Assembly (NCBI GenBank): GCA_025201805.1
Contig: MU619241.1
Location: forward strand, 90,368 to 154,367
DNA: 64,000 nucleotides
Origin: Parasitella parasitica NRRL 2501
Taxonomy: Eukaryota; Fungi; Mucoromycota
Reading direction: 5' to 3'
Every line of letters begins with the position of its first letter. Position 1 is the first letter of the stretch. Positions 12,926-25,568 of this stretch are shown here, in pieces. The notes below the pieces were generated by a model. That model made no database searches. It saw only the letters and a list, made by a program, of their open reading frames with translations, and was not told the origin of the DNA. A program made the position numbers and the translations under genes.

Positions 12926-14461
12926 TCAAGTCATGACTGTTCCATCACGAATAGATCTCTTGATACGATCCGACATCATTCTATCCTTGCGTCCGATCAA
13001 TGATGTAGCCTTCCCTGTTTGACCAGCACGAGCAGTTCTGCCTACTCGATGCAGGTAATCCACAACAGAAGTAGGGAAATCATACAAGATCACATGGTCC
13101 ACAAACGTTGTATCAATGCCTCTTGAAGCAATATCCGTACTAACCAAAACATTGTGGTCCACCTTGCTTTCTTCTCCATCACCTTCTCCCGTTTTAGGTT
13201 GTGAAAACAACTCCAAGGCTTCGGCTCGACTCATGGGAGCATCTTTATACAGCGCCAAAGCATCTAAATTCTTGGTTTGCAAGAATTTATGCACAAGCTC
13301 TACTGATTTCTTGGTATTGCAAAACACGAGCGTCTTGTCGTCTTTGATGTTCTTTTTAAGCACTTCCAGCAATGCAAGTTGTCGATTTCCTTGGAAACGT
13401 TGAAGATCAACAAAAGACTGCTTCAAGTTTGGCAAGGCTTTATGCAATGAAGGTGTCGTAATCTTGGCAAGTTGAGGGAAAAGTGTATCCAACACATTGT
13501 GAACAGAACGGGGTAACGTTGCAGACACTACAATAACCTTTTCCGGCGTCCTTCTTTTTTCAGCACTTTCCTGCACATGTTTGATAATCTTTCGACAATC
13601 GTCTCCCCATCCAGCATCAAACAAGGAATCTGCTTCATCAATAATCAAATAGCGAGTATCAGCCAGTGAAAGTGTACCATCTTTTTGATAGGCAAGTAAT
13701 GTAGTGGGCGTCGTTACTAGTATGTCTATAGGTCCGCTAGCGAGCATTTCAGATATTTGACTTCTAGGTGTGCGTCCTCCCAGTCCAGCAGCACGAAATT
13801 TGGTTATATGGCTCAATCCTTTACAACTCTTCACTACCTGACCCACCAACTCTCGCGTTGGCACCAACACAATAGCTCTGGGATGATCTAATCGTCTTTT
13901 CACAAAACCTTTTGTTTTTTCATCTTGTTTCAACATGTCAACGGTGGGTAATAAATAGGACAAGGTCTTTCCTGATCCGGTTTCTGCTGCTACCAATACA
14001 TGTCTCTTGCGACGATCCAATATTTGAGGTATGGCCAACCCTTGAATCTCGGTAGGCTTAAGTAGCTCGACGCCTCCCAACACTGTCTTTGCTGCAATAA
14101 TAGTTTCTGAACTAAGCCCTAAGTCATCAAAGGTTTTTGTGGCTAAATATGCAGACAGCTGCTTTGCATTGCTAGGTAGTTTTTCAGTGACTAAATCAGG
14201 ATCCTTTCGAAACGAAAGTCGAGCGCTAGGCTTGATGGCTTCTAGCCTTCTTTTTACTGGGACATAGGGTGCATTTGTTTTGGGTTTACTGGTTTTAAGG
14301 GCTGTTTTAAGTAGATCACGACGCTCACGGCCGTTCAGTCCATCAGGTTTCAAATGCTTTGTCAGAGATGAAACATTGGGTTTACGCAGTGCTGATCGTT
14401 TGGAACACGCTACCGATGTCGTCGAAAAAAAACGAATACAGGATTCTAAACTGTGAGCCAT
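12926..14461 (-). CDS. Mitochondrial-type DEAD-box RNA helicase (MRH4-like), single exon; alternative ATG at 14494
   Basis: Q motif PTEIQ, AETGSGKT, PTREL, DEAD, SAT, TDIASRGID, HRVGRTARAG; basic presequence-like N-terminus. Confidence 0.9.
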   Translation of the reverse strand: MAHSLESCIRFFSTTSVACSKRSALRKPNVSSLTKHLKPDGLNGRERRDLLKTALKTSKPKTNAPYVPVKRRLEAIKPSARLSFRKDPDLVTEKLPSNAKQLSAYLATKTFDDLGLSSETIIAAKTVLGGVELLKPTEIQGLAIPQILDRRKRHVLVAAETGSGKTLSYLLPTVDMLKQDEKTKGFVKRRLDHPRAIVLVPTRELVGQVVKSCKGLSHITKFRAAGLGGRTPRSQISEMLASGPIDILVTTPTTLLAYQKDGTLSLADTRYLIIDEADSLFDAGWGDDCRKIIKHVQESAEKRRTPEKVIVVSATLPRSVHNVLDTLFPQLAKITTPSLHKALPNLKQSFVDLQRFQGNRQLALLEVLKKNIKDDKTLVFCNTKKSVELVHKFLQTKNLDALALYKDAPMSRAEALELFSQPKTGEGDGEESKVDHNVLVSTDIASRGIDTTFVDHVILYDFPTSVVDYLHRVGRTARAGQTGKATSLIGRKDRMMSDRIKRSIRDGTVMT

Positions 14462-15141
14462 GGCTATTGATTTGCGTAGAGCGACGGAATTCATGTCTTG
14501 TGCTAATGTCAAAGAGGAAACATTGCTGAGGGGCCCCTAATTTTGTTTACAAGCAGACCATCATCAACAGGAAAACCAGTCTTCAGATGTAGCAGTCTGC
14601 TACAAACTACTCGATTGAACCAAACATGCAAGTGATGTTTAAATGGCCTCAAATTAGGATGCATAGATTAAGCAGATATGTTAAGACAACAAAAAGACCA
14701 TGATATACATTAATCAGATCTCTGCAAACACAACAGATACTGAACTCTAGCAGCCGTTAACACAGATCTATTTAAGCCCAATATAGCATGATCGCCTTAT
14801 TTGGGGCATTGAACGCTCAATATAAGATTGCTTTCAAAGCCAAAGGAATGTCCAAACGCAATACTTCTTTAGAATGCGTTACGTACAAGCATAGCTGATG
14901 CTCATATTAAAAAGCCACGATCCGAATATCAAAAAAGTGCAGAACCTCCCTAAGTAACCATTTATCTTACAAGGAGATATTTTTGTAGGTAATATTTATA
15001 TGTTTGTAGTAATAATAAGGTTTACAGAAATAAAAGTAGTAATATAAAGTAATATAAAAGGGGAACAGACGGACAGACAAAAAAACTAAAAAAAAAATAA
15101 AAAAAAAAAAAATGCAAAAGCTTAAGTGAAAAAAAAAAAAG

Positions 15142-15184
<43 letters not shown>

Positions 15185-15282
15185 GGGAGGGAGAAGCTGA
15201 TAAGATAAGTATAGTAAAATATATATGCTAAAGAAATAAAATATAGAAATAATAATGAATACGGTTGGTCTGTTATAGTCGA

Positions 15283-16998
15283 TTATTGAGCATAGATTTG
15301 ATTCAATCGCCAATCAACATTTTGTTGTTGTTGCTGCTGCTGCTGCTGTTGTTGCTGTTGTTGCTGTTGTTGCTGTTGTTGTTGAAGCTGCGGCTGCTGC
15401 TGCTTGTGGTGTTGTTGATGCAGAAGAAACTTTCTATCCTGTTCAGCGGTGTCCAACAAAGATCTAGTAACAGAGTTGAAAAGGTCGTCGGTGGTTGCAT
15501 CAAGCAAGCTATCAGTTGATAAAAATTTGAAGTCAGCAGGATAACTATGCTGTTGCTGTTGTTGCTGAATAGAAGGAAACGGAGACTGTGGAGGCGGTGA
15601 ATGCTGCTGCTGAGCAAGAGGCATAAACGTCGATGAGAATGTTGGATATCCAGCGCTATACATGGCAGCAGGATGAGGCAGATTAATTGAAGGAGGAGAG
15701 CCAACAGATGAAGGAGTCGTATTTACCGAGGTGGTGGTGGATTTTTCATTTTGAGACCTACCCCAAGATAAACGAATACGAGAATTGCCAATCTGATATC
15801 CATTCATTTGTCGAATAGCCAATTCAGCGCAAGAACGAGAGACGTATTGAACAAACCCACAACCTTTTCCAGGAGGAATCTTCACATAGACGATTTCTCC
15901 AAAATGCTGGAAATATTGGCGCAACTCTTCTTCGCAAATTGGAGCAGATAATCCACCAACAAATACGGTTGTGTTGCTCGACTGATTCATGGGCATCATC
16001 TCTTGCTTGTACAATGGTGATTGCAGATGTTGCAACAATGGTGATTTATTGGGAGACGTCAAGAGCGAACAAGAGGACGGAGTAGACACAGCTGTACTTG
16101 CAAACGTTTGCTGCTGCTGTTGTTGCTGTTGTTGCTGTTGGTGCTGCTGCTGTTGTTGTTGAAGCTGCAGCTGCTGGAGCAGTTGCAATTGCTGAGACTG
16201 AGATTGCAATAAAGGCTGCTGTTGCTGAGAAGGCCTGTTCTTTGGTGTTGCAACCGAAACGCGAATAGCACGAGAACCGATAAAGTATCCTTGCATTTCA
16301 AGCAAAGCTCTTTGCTGATCCAGCTGCTCTGCAAAACGAACAAACCCATAACCGCGAGTCATTCCTGTCCTAGGGTCTGTCATGATTTTAGCAGATTTGC
16401 AAGACATGTATCGTGATTGAAATGCAACCAAAAGATCAATTTCAGTAGTTTCAGGGCTCAAATCGCCCACGAAAATAGAGTATTCTGGTTGTCTGTCCTC
16501 TCTGCAATCAAAGGAGGTCAACATTAACATTTGGTTATAAAACATGCGGTCGTACGTACCTTCTGTCGATAAGACCACCGCCAGACGCCCAGTTCAATTT
16601 AAACGGCTTGAGAGAGTTAGGCATCAACACACCATTGTAGCTGTGCATGGCCCGTCTTGCAGCAACCGCAGTACCGAAATCAACAAAGGCGTAGCCGGCG
16701 CTAATACTGCTTTTACCAGTTAGCACAGCACACATTACAACACGCTATTTTCACACTGACTACTTTACCCTGTTACTTTGTCTCTAATCACTTTCACCAT
16801 GACTTTTTCGTTCAAATTAAACCACAACTGTTGGATATAAACTTCATCTTGCCACTGTTCAAGTTCTCCCATCCTAGCACATGTTGTTAATAAAGAAAAA
16901 AATCGTCATTTTGTTTGATAGAGTGAAATTTACCAAAGAGTTGTCTTTTGTTGTTCATTAGGAACCAGTTGAGAATTCAACTCAAATGGATAAGACAT
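15283..16998 (-). CDS. Triple-RRM RNA-binding protein of the NAM8/NGR1/TRNAU1AP family, with polyQ tracts
   Basis: TTLW|MGELEQW, AGYAFVDF, FKLNWASGGGL, YSIFVGDLSPE, RGYGFVRF, NTTVFVGGL, GKGCGFVQY, IRLSWGR. Confidence 0.92.
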
Positions 16999-17152
16999 GT
17001 AGCGAGGTAGAGAAAAAGAAAGCCCTCTTTTATTTTATTTTTTGTGTGTAGTATTGAAGAAAAGAAAGCGGTAGAAGGAATATCAAAAAAATTTTAAAGG
17101 ATATCAAACGGTGTCAGACACTAAATTCTATAGGTGGGAAAAACAGATTTGA

Positions 17153-18442
17153 CTATGCTGCCAGTCTTGATTTTTTAATGACGCGAGTAAATCCAAAATT
17201 GGCGTTGCTGGCCGTAGCAGTGTTTCTGCGTTTCTTGCTGTTGAAAGACGTCGATGTTATACATTTGTTGATAAAAGTAACTGCTGCCTCTGTATTGAGA
17301 TCGATGGCACGCACGGGGTCGATTTGGAAGGGAGACCTAAAGTCAAACAGCGTAAAGTATCGCAACACGAGCAATACATCAGACTGATGCTGGTGTTCAG
17401 TTCCGTTCAGCGTCAGGCAGATACTTTGGCTGGAGCAGGTTGAGCTATCAATTAGTTCCTTCACAGACTCAAAGTTGTCAGGCCAGAATGTAAATTGTTC
17501 GCTCAGTATCGCAATCACTGGTTTTTTTATTTGAACTTGTTTGTCCACCATCATCATCAGCGGTTGTGCCCAGGGATCGAGTAGGACCCCACATTGGAAT
17601 CTGCAGTTTTTCGCATTCAAAACGAGCATCTATACGTACACATTGTAAGCATGTCAAAATGTATTTTACAGCAATTCTGTCGCCTAGTTACCGTTGTTGC
17701 TCCTCCAAAGCTATGGCCTGCCATCACCAAGGATTTCATATCTAGCTTGCCTTTAAGCTGTGGTGCATTTGCCTCATTCAGCCCCTTTACAGCAATTTCG
17801 TCTAGACCAGCTACACACAAATCAACTTCAGACACTCTATGTCGAAGTTGGTGATGCCTGAACCCCCAAATTTCAGGGGGAACGTTATCATATTGTATCC
17901 ATTCATCATCAATGCCTTTTGCTAAACTTGCAGATCCATCTCTATGCTCAATGGCTACAACCACAAATCCGTGGCTGGCCAGATCAGAGCAAATGCTTGA
18001 ATAAATTAATCGATTGCCACCAAGGCCATGCGAAAATACAACAACTGGAAATGGCCTTTTTTGGTCATCTAGTATTTCTGCATCTTTATAAAATCGTGTT
18101 TTCTTGATGGACGCCAACCCCGACAACCAATTTGATAGAAATGCCGGCAATTTAGCAATATCACACAATGCTACATACCGTCTCATATTAGCGTCCTTAT
18201 GTTATGATGATGTTCAACAGCTTGCATAAATACAAACCTTTGGCGTATTGTGAGTCTGTAATCCAATTGGCTTTATGGTCATATTTTTTAATATTTGCAG
18301 GATAATATAGTCGCATCAATACAGATCTCGCCAACGACTTGTTATTATCAACTGCGGGATTTCTATTCTTCCATTCAATGTCGTGGCAACCAACAGCAAA
18401 TTTACCAGTTAAAGAAGGGAAATTGGCTAATATTAAAGACAT
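17153..18442 (-). CDS. Platelet-activating factor acetylhydrolase II-like alpha/beta hydrolase, 3 exons
   Basis: TGKFAVGCHDIE, RLYYPA, FPVVVFSHGLGGNR, IEHRDGSA, GHSFGG nucleophile elbow, LDPW, GTEHQHQSD. Confidence 0.92.
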
Positions 18443-19796
18443 TTTTTTTGCATCTAAATAGCAAGGTTTATAGAGAAAAAAGAACAAGAGTTATCTTCGC
18501 GTAATATTATATATATATTCAATCATCATGCCGAATTATCATATCATTTTGAAGCAGGAACATTCATCCATGTCAGATGAATTCATTTAAAAATCAAAGC
18601 CATCTCTCCGGCTTGATTTCGGCCAGGTCAATTTTGCCCTGAATTGATCAATGACTCACAAAAGTTAAAGATCAAGGGTTCAATAGCTCATTGTAAGTTC
18701 TCGACCAATTTGATTCTTGAACCAATATTGTCAAGTTTATTGTAGTACCCAGGGATGCATAACGCTTCTTCTTTCTGCCCATCAATTTAGCCTAGATTCA
18801 GTTTCTAAATATACTGAAAACATAGTAAACATTATTGTTCTTGCCATCGATATATATTTTTATCTAAATTTTACTACAGTTGCATGCTCTGCGGTTATAG
18901 TCGAGTCAAGGTTATAAATCTAGTGGTAATTCTACCGGATGTGGATATAAACATCCTCGGCATTTGACGTTAAATCTACATTCACCAAAGTACATGTATA
19001 AAACGCTTTTGTTTCAACTACTGTGATATGTAGCGTACATATATGATACACGACATGTGTTGGGAAGGCATATACTGTAATTTCTCGTCTAGAACGCCTT
19101 CCTGCATCTGTTCAACCCAAATTAGCATATCCCCTGACACTGTTTGCCGTTCCTGAAGACCGTAATGAACTTGAACATTCAACTGTGCATCTAAATCATG
19201 TGGAAAACATCTCTATAATTTCCACTAGAACGAAAAATCATGTAGAGCAATTTTTCTTCTCTTTTCAGAATATATGGAAATCAGCTCTTAAAGAGACGTA
19301 TACTTCGGCTTATTCTTATCAGAACAATATCCATCTTTCGGCTTATACAAACGAGCATCATCTACGTTCCAAATTATATTGTAATTTTAGATATATCTGC
19401 ATTTGTTCGCATGATGAATGATGCTCGATGCAGATATATTAAATTCATTTTAATTCTAGTTGACAACACTGCCTCGAGACATAACAAATAATATACACAT
19501 GTACATAAACTGTACAATAGAGATGATACCATGCAATGTCAAGCCTATTCTTCTAATTTGGCAAAACATGTAGTAAGCAACACACATACATATCAATCGC
19601 TTTTTTGCCTTCTAAAAAAGAACAAGTTATTTTATAAGCAAACAGTATAGTTTCTTTCTTTTTTTTTCCCGTTGTTTTACTGTTATACATGATAAAAAAA
19701 TGGGGTGGGGGTGGAGTGGGATAGAAAGAGGTTCAGTGAGTCAGGATTATAGGAAAGCAGAGTGTTTTTTTTATGTAATACATTTTATAAGATCAT

Positions 19797-21238
19797 TTAA
19801 ACCAAACCAGCATCTTGCATAGCTTGTTTCAAAGTAGTACCCAGCTTGGCAGGGGAAGGAGTGACATGAACACCAGCACGTTCCAAAGCCTTGATCTTAT
19901 CGCCAGCACCACCCTTACCACCGGAGATAATGGCACCAGCGTGGCCTATATATAATACACTATTAATCTACATAGCCCACATATACACCAATTAGAAACT
20001 TACCCATTCTACGACCAGGAGGAGCAGTTAAGCCTGCAATGAAAGAGACGACAGGTTTAGGAGTATCTCTAGTCAAATTGTATTGGGACAAGAATTCAGC
20101 AGCTTCTTCTTCAGCAGTGCCGCCAATTTCGCCAATCATAATAATACCTACACGCACAAGAGTCAGAACCTACCTCCAACACGATTATTATAAGATAACC
20201 CCTCGATCACTTACCCTCAGTCTCATCATCTTCCAAGAAAACCTTGAGACAATCAATAAAGTTGGATCCGTTCAAAGGATCACCACCAATACCAACACAC
20301 AAGGTTTGACCGAGATCAACGTCGGTAGTTTGTTGGACAGCCTCATAAGTTAAGGTTCCAGAACGTGAAACAATACCGACCTTACCACGCTTCAAGATGG
20401 AACCGGGCATAATACCAATCTTACATTGCTCGGCAGAGATCATGCCAGGACAATTGGGACCAACCAAACGAGTCTTGTTTTGAGTCATCAAGGCCTGCTT
20501 AACACGGATCATGTCATGTTGAGGGATGCCTTCAGTGATGGCAACAACCAAGGGAATTTCGGCTTCAATTGCATCCAAAACAGCTTGGGCTGCAGCGGGA
20601 GGGGGGACGTAGATTACACTAGCATCAGCTTTGGTAGCCTCAGCAGCCTAATTATATATATATATATATATACATATATATATAGATTTTTTTTTTAGTC
20701 TAAAAGTTTTCCTTTTTCATTATATCGGAATCATTTACCTCACGGACTGTGCCGAAAACAGGAAGGCCAAGATGAGTTTGGCCAGCCTTCTTGGGGGATA
20801 CACCACCCACCATCTTGGTGCCATATTCGATAGCTTGTTGAGAGTGGAAAGTGCCCTAATTACCAAAAGTTTCTTTTCAGTATTTCAAACACGTAATATT
20901 ATTTCCCAGCGAGTTTTCCCCACATCCATTCAGATATTTTAAATGGATATCCCGACATTTCTGTGAATATTTTACCTGTTTACCCGTGAAACCCTGACAG
21001 ATAACCTTGGTGTTCTTGTTGATCATCAAGTTTTTATAAGTGGATTCATAACCGCCTTGGTTGGTATAAGTACGACGAGCGACTATTGAATAAAAATCAG
21101 TACATTGATGACTGATGCGAGCTTGCTGGGCAGCGGATAATTCACTATCGCCATCGTCACTGCAACTTGGTTTTTTTTTAACAAATTACCATTGAGGGTT
21201 GAGCGTAAAACAGAAGACGTCTTGGTAGCTAATTGCAT
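19797..21238 (-). CDS. LSC1: Succinate-CoA ligase alpha subunit (mitochondrial), multi-exon
   Basis: [11 protein letters not shown]|[50 protein letters not shown]|[11 protein letters not shown]. Confidence 0.96.
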
Positions 21239-21565
21239 TTTTGTTATTAGCTAGTTTGAAGTTTTGAGAAAGAAAGAGAGAGGCGAGATTAAAGAAGAAA
21301 AAAAAAAGGTCGTTTTTAATCAGGGGTAAGCTTTCAGGGTGACGTTGGATATTACTGCAATGTGAGCGACCTGACTTTATAACAGAACGCAACCAGCACG
21401 ACCCTACTGGTGATGCCCTGAGTAAACTGGCATCGACTCATTTGTCAATGAAATCGAAACGATTTTAAACTCCTAGAAGAAAACTTTTGTAGCTGCTTAT
21501 AACATTTCCATTAAAATTGTCGCCATTTTCCTTTTCTTTTCCTTCACAAAACTATATCCGGAAAT

Positions 21566-22383
21566 ATGAATGATTTTGCCAGTGAACCTAGTGAAGGGGC
21601 AACTTCCAGCTTATTAGCTCAGAAATCCCAAATTGAAAGAGTAAGTTGTGATAATTTCTTTGGTGGGTCTCCATTAATATGTGATTGTTAGCGTTTTCAA
21701 CAGATACTCGACCAAGTTACACCTTTTACGCCTTATCGATGGATTGGGACAACTGTACTTTTAATATTGTTTATGTTTCGTGTTATCTATGCTGAAGGAT
21801 GGTATATCATTGCGTAAGTTTTGCTTTGTCAGTGCTAAACGACTCGACTATGCTTGCTAATTTTTTCGGTAAATCTAGATATGCTTTAGGTACAAAAAAT
21901 AGGATAGGACAACTGTATCAGAAATAATATTAAATCTATTGTAGGCATCTATATCTTGAACTTATTTTTGGCATTTTTGACACCAAAGTTTGACCCTTCT
22001 ATTGAAATGGACACTCAAGCAAGCGAAATGGAGGAGGGACCTTCACTTCCCATGAAAAATGACGAGGAATTCAAACCATTCATTCGTCGTTTGCCTGAAT
22101 TCAAGTTTTGGTAAATAAAAGAGTGTGAGGTAATCGGAAGATAATTGTCTACTAATAGATCAATTTGTTTTATAGGTATTCTGTAACCAAGGCAACCGTT
22201 ATTTCGATCGTTTGTTCATTGATTCCCTTTTTCGACATTCCTGTTTACTGGCCCATTTTATTAATGTATTTCATCATTCTTTTTGGATTGACCATGCGCC
22301 GACAAATCAGCCATATGGTAAAATATAGATATATTCCATTTGATTTAGGTAAAAAGAGTTATAGCAATAGAAGAAGAGTATAG
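21566..22383 (+). CDS. RER1: Golgi-to-ER retrieval receptor Rer1, multi-exon with an 11-nt microexon at 21879-21889
   Basis: GWYIIA|YALG|[62 protein letters not shown]. Confidence 0.95.
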
Positions 22384-22751
22384 AAAAATCAGAAGGAAAA
22401 ATTAATACAACTTTTATACATAATAAATTGTAAATCACTTGATAAACAGATGCCAAAACATGTATTTAAGGCAAGCAGCATTCGACAATTATATATTTTT
22501 TAAAGAATTATGTGATATCTGATTAGGTACCTTTGTCTCCTACTCAAAGCATGTTGCATTATTATACAGCAATTTTGAAACTAGAAAATATTTTCAAGGT
22601 AACATTTTCTTTTCAGTCCTCAACAACTTGCTTTATTATCCTTATCTTTTCGCTGTGTTGTACATCTAGTAAAAATGCACAGTCTTTTTTAACTGTGCAG
22701 AGTTGTTCTTTTTTTCTCAGCACTGCTTTCAACTTTTTAATACACGTGAAG

Positions 22752-23610
22752 ATGAGTATGATATTTTCAAAAGAGTTGCCACAATCCTCTCTCACAAGCC
22801 AAGATGATCAGTCTTCATTATGCATGGAGAAATTTGATAATCCTCCTCGCACATTATATGATGAAATAGGTCAACAGGAACAAGATTTCAATGTAAATAC
22901 CCAAATACGAACACAATACAGTTTCATAACAAGCTTTTGTATTTAGTTAGCAACACAAAATCAAGTAGAAAAAACTATTAGCAAAAACTCTCCATTTTTG
23001 TGTTCATATTTTTCTTCAATAGGATGAAGATTGGAAAACCCTAGTTTTTAGATTACAAGTTGAAAATACAAGCTTAGTCAATTCACTACATGAAACCAAC
23101 AATAATTTAATACGATCCAGACATGAGAAAGAGGAATTAGAGGAATTTATCCAACGGCAAACAGAAACAACCGATAGTATTGTCGCTCGGTTGAAAGATA
23201 CAGTGACAAATTTGATTGAAAATCAAAAGGTAGTGGTCTACATGTATAGAAAACACGCACTTTCAAATTGATTGATAACTACATATAGCAACAAACGAGT
23301 AGTCAAAATAAAGAAACCTTGCATGACGAAATTATCGAACAAAAGGATAACCTAATATTAGATTTAGTTTTTCAAAAAAAATATCTTTTGATAGAGAACC
23401 GTGCACTACGAGAAAGGTATAGCTAGGTTTCCATTAGGCAATGACTCCATTTGTTAATATCCAATACCTACGAACTTACATAGCCAACAAGAGATTAACG
23501 ATTACTACGGTATTCGACCAAGAAAACCAAATGACGCACTGTTTAGATTACGATCCTGTGTATATGCCCTGATAGCTCTACAGCGATTTATTAGAAGGAA
23601 TCAAATATAA
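22752..23610 (+). CDS. Short coiled-coil protein (about 206 aa) ending in a PACT-like domain (pericentrin/Pcp1/Spc110 C-terminus), 5 exons
   Basis: Exons 22752-22892, 22947-22964, 23023-23229, 23289-23416 and 23484-23610 join in frame. The C-terminus reads LDLVFQKKYLLIE...FRLRSCVYALIALQRF. Confidence 0.7.
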
Positions 23611-24509
23611 TGTCAAATTTCGCTTTTCCAGTAACATCAGCAAGCCCTATTTGAGCTTGCCGTTTCATATACAAATAAATTGATGCTTTTCCAGTTAATA
23701 AGTAGATATTTTTGGGGAATAACTCTTGTCAGTAGTATCGTAAAATTACTTGACCACAGAATGAGAAATTATCAAATGATTTTATTTCAAATTTCGACAG
23801 TGAAAACGTGAAACTGTTTTTGCGATAACTTTTGATAGAAATATCGCCTAATAGAAAGCAAGTTAGGCTCGAATAGCGATGATCATGCTTGATTGAATGA
23901 AGCATAAAACATGGTTTCCTTTGTTCTTAAACGTAGTCTACAAGCGCTTATATGCAATTTTCATATGATTTCTGCTGATAATTATCTAAACAATATCGAT
24001 TTTATTGTGGATAGAAATGTTTTTATTCTAGAGAACTGAGCTGTCGTTATTTCTTATCATAAAACTTTAGATCCATAAAATTTTACTTTTGATTTTGCCA
24101 TTGTTCAAAAATAATACTAATGAAGTTGAAGTTTTTAATCCTAAAACCAGTTATAAACTCAACTGAGAAGTACAATAATATCAGATCATGAAACATATTT
24201 CAACACGGATATAGATATGATGATATGGCAATAATAGGCATCGTTTCATTGCAGTTATGTACAAAACTGGTTTGATTTTATAATCTCAAATATTTTTGCT
24301 TATACAAACTTCTGTTGTAGAACCGAGATAAAACTTGGAAAATATAGCGAAAATTCGGCACTATCGCATAAAAGCAGATCTATTCATGAAAAATTAACAT
24401 ATACAAAGTTATCAGCAGAAAAAGCGATTTGCATATAACATATAAAAATATATACCTTGTCGTAAATGATACAAGCATGGTCAATGGTTCATTCTAAGCT
24501 AAAATGTAA

Positions 24510-24620
24510 ATGAAACTCTCGTCAGTCAATGACGAGTAGAGGTTAAAGGGAATCCGGTGAGAATACCTTTAGAACCGACAAGAAGGTTTATTTAGGGAAA
24601 AACTTTCCCTTGAGAATTAA
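24510..24620 (+). mobile_element. Decayed copy A of a dispersed repeat (Crypton-like relic); true extent probably larger
   Basis: cgtcagtcaatgacgagtagaggttaaagggaatccggtgagaatacctttagaaccgacaagaagg aligns with the reverse complement of 38620-38685. Confidence 0.55.
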
Positions 24621-24637
24621 TTACTTGTTGAGTTTAT

Positions 24638-24647
24638 NNNNNNNNNN
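24638..24647. other. Assembly gap (10 N) followed by a poly-A run
   Basis: N characters in the sequence. Confidence 1.
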
Positions 24648-25568
24648 AAAAAAAAAAAAAAAAAAAAAGCTTTATTTGTCATCAGCATCAAGTATTGAAA
24701 ATACACGTGCAAAAATTCGGGAACTTACTTCTCTCAAAATATGGCAATCATATATCATAGCATAACATTAGGTAAAATAGTCAAAATGGCAAAAGATCCC
24801 GTTGAGTTTCTGTTTCTTGAAAAGGTGTAAAGGCTGATACAAGATTCGCCAGCAGGAATGTAAACTTATGCGAATATATTTCTTGGATTATGGTGTTGTT
24901 GATGAACGCGAAATCCAACAACAGTTAATTAAAAAAAAGTTCTTGCTTTCATCTAGTTGGTGATAGCGTAAAAACAGGTGAATCGTTTGTTTTTGCTTTT
25001 GCGGCTAAAAACAATACATAAATTGACATGTTTTAAACTGTGCCTGGATTATATTATGTGGCAGCAAAGTAATAGACTAATTACCATGTGTCGTTCAGCT
25101 AACTTTGAATGGTTTTAAGGGTGTATTATATATTATGCATAGAAACAAAATTTTCTGATTCTATATGCATATGGATATATTCGACAATTTGTAAACAGAA
25201 ACTTTCACCCATTTCCTAATATTCTCAACTCCCAATCTAATTGCAGCACATGTCTTGTTGATAAAGAGGATAGTCTTCTGATAGATTCAGTGGCTGGTCG
25301 TTTAGGCACGAATCTGTCGTACGTGTGTGATAAATTAATAAGCTTTATAATTCGAACATGTCCTTATCTTTTCAAGCCAAAGGCGTAACCCTAAAATTCA
25401 CATTTGACCGACTTAAAAAAGATATATCGCTATTCAGACACAAGCCCTGATTCGTATTTGATACATAAATTAAACGTACACAATACAGAAAGACATTCCT
25501 AAAGGACATTCATACAAGAGGCGCAGAAGCAAACACAGGCAGACACGTATTAGACAAAAAGATATTTA

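Noticed and set aside
12926-14461. DEAD helicase as the sex-locus rnhA
   Set aside because: It looks like a mitochondrial MRH4 type and lies about 32 kb from the TPT gene with many genes in between.
21085-21189. Possible C/D snoRNA in LSC1 intron 1 (GTGACGA...CTGA)
   Set aside because: Box C is imperfect, the CTGA coincides with the branch-point position, and I see no terminal stem or recognisable rRNA guide.
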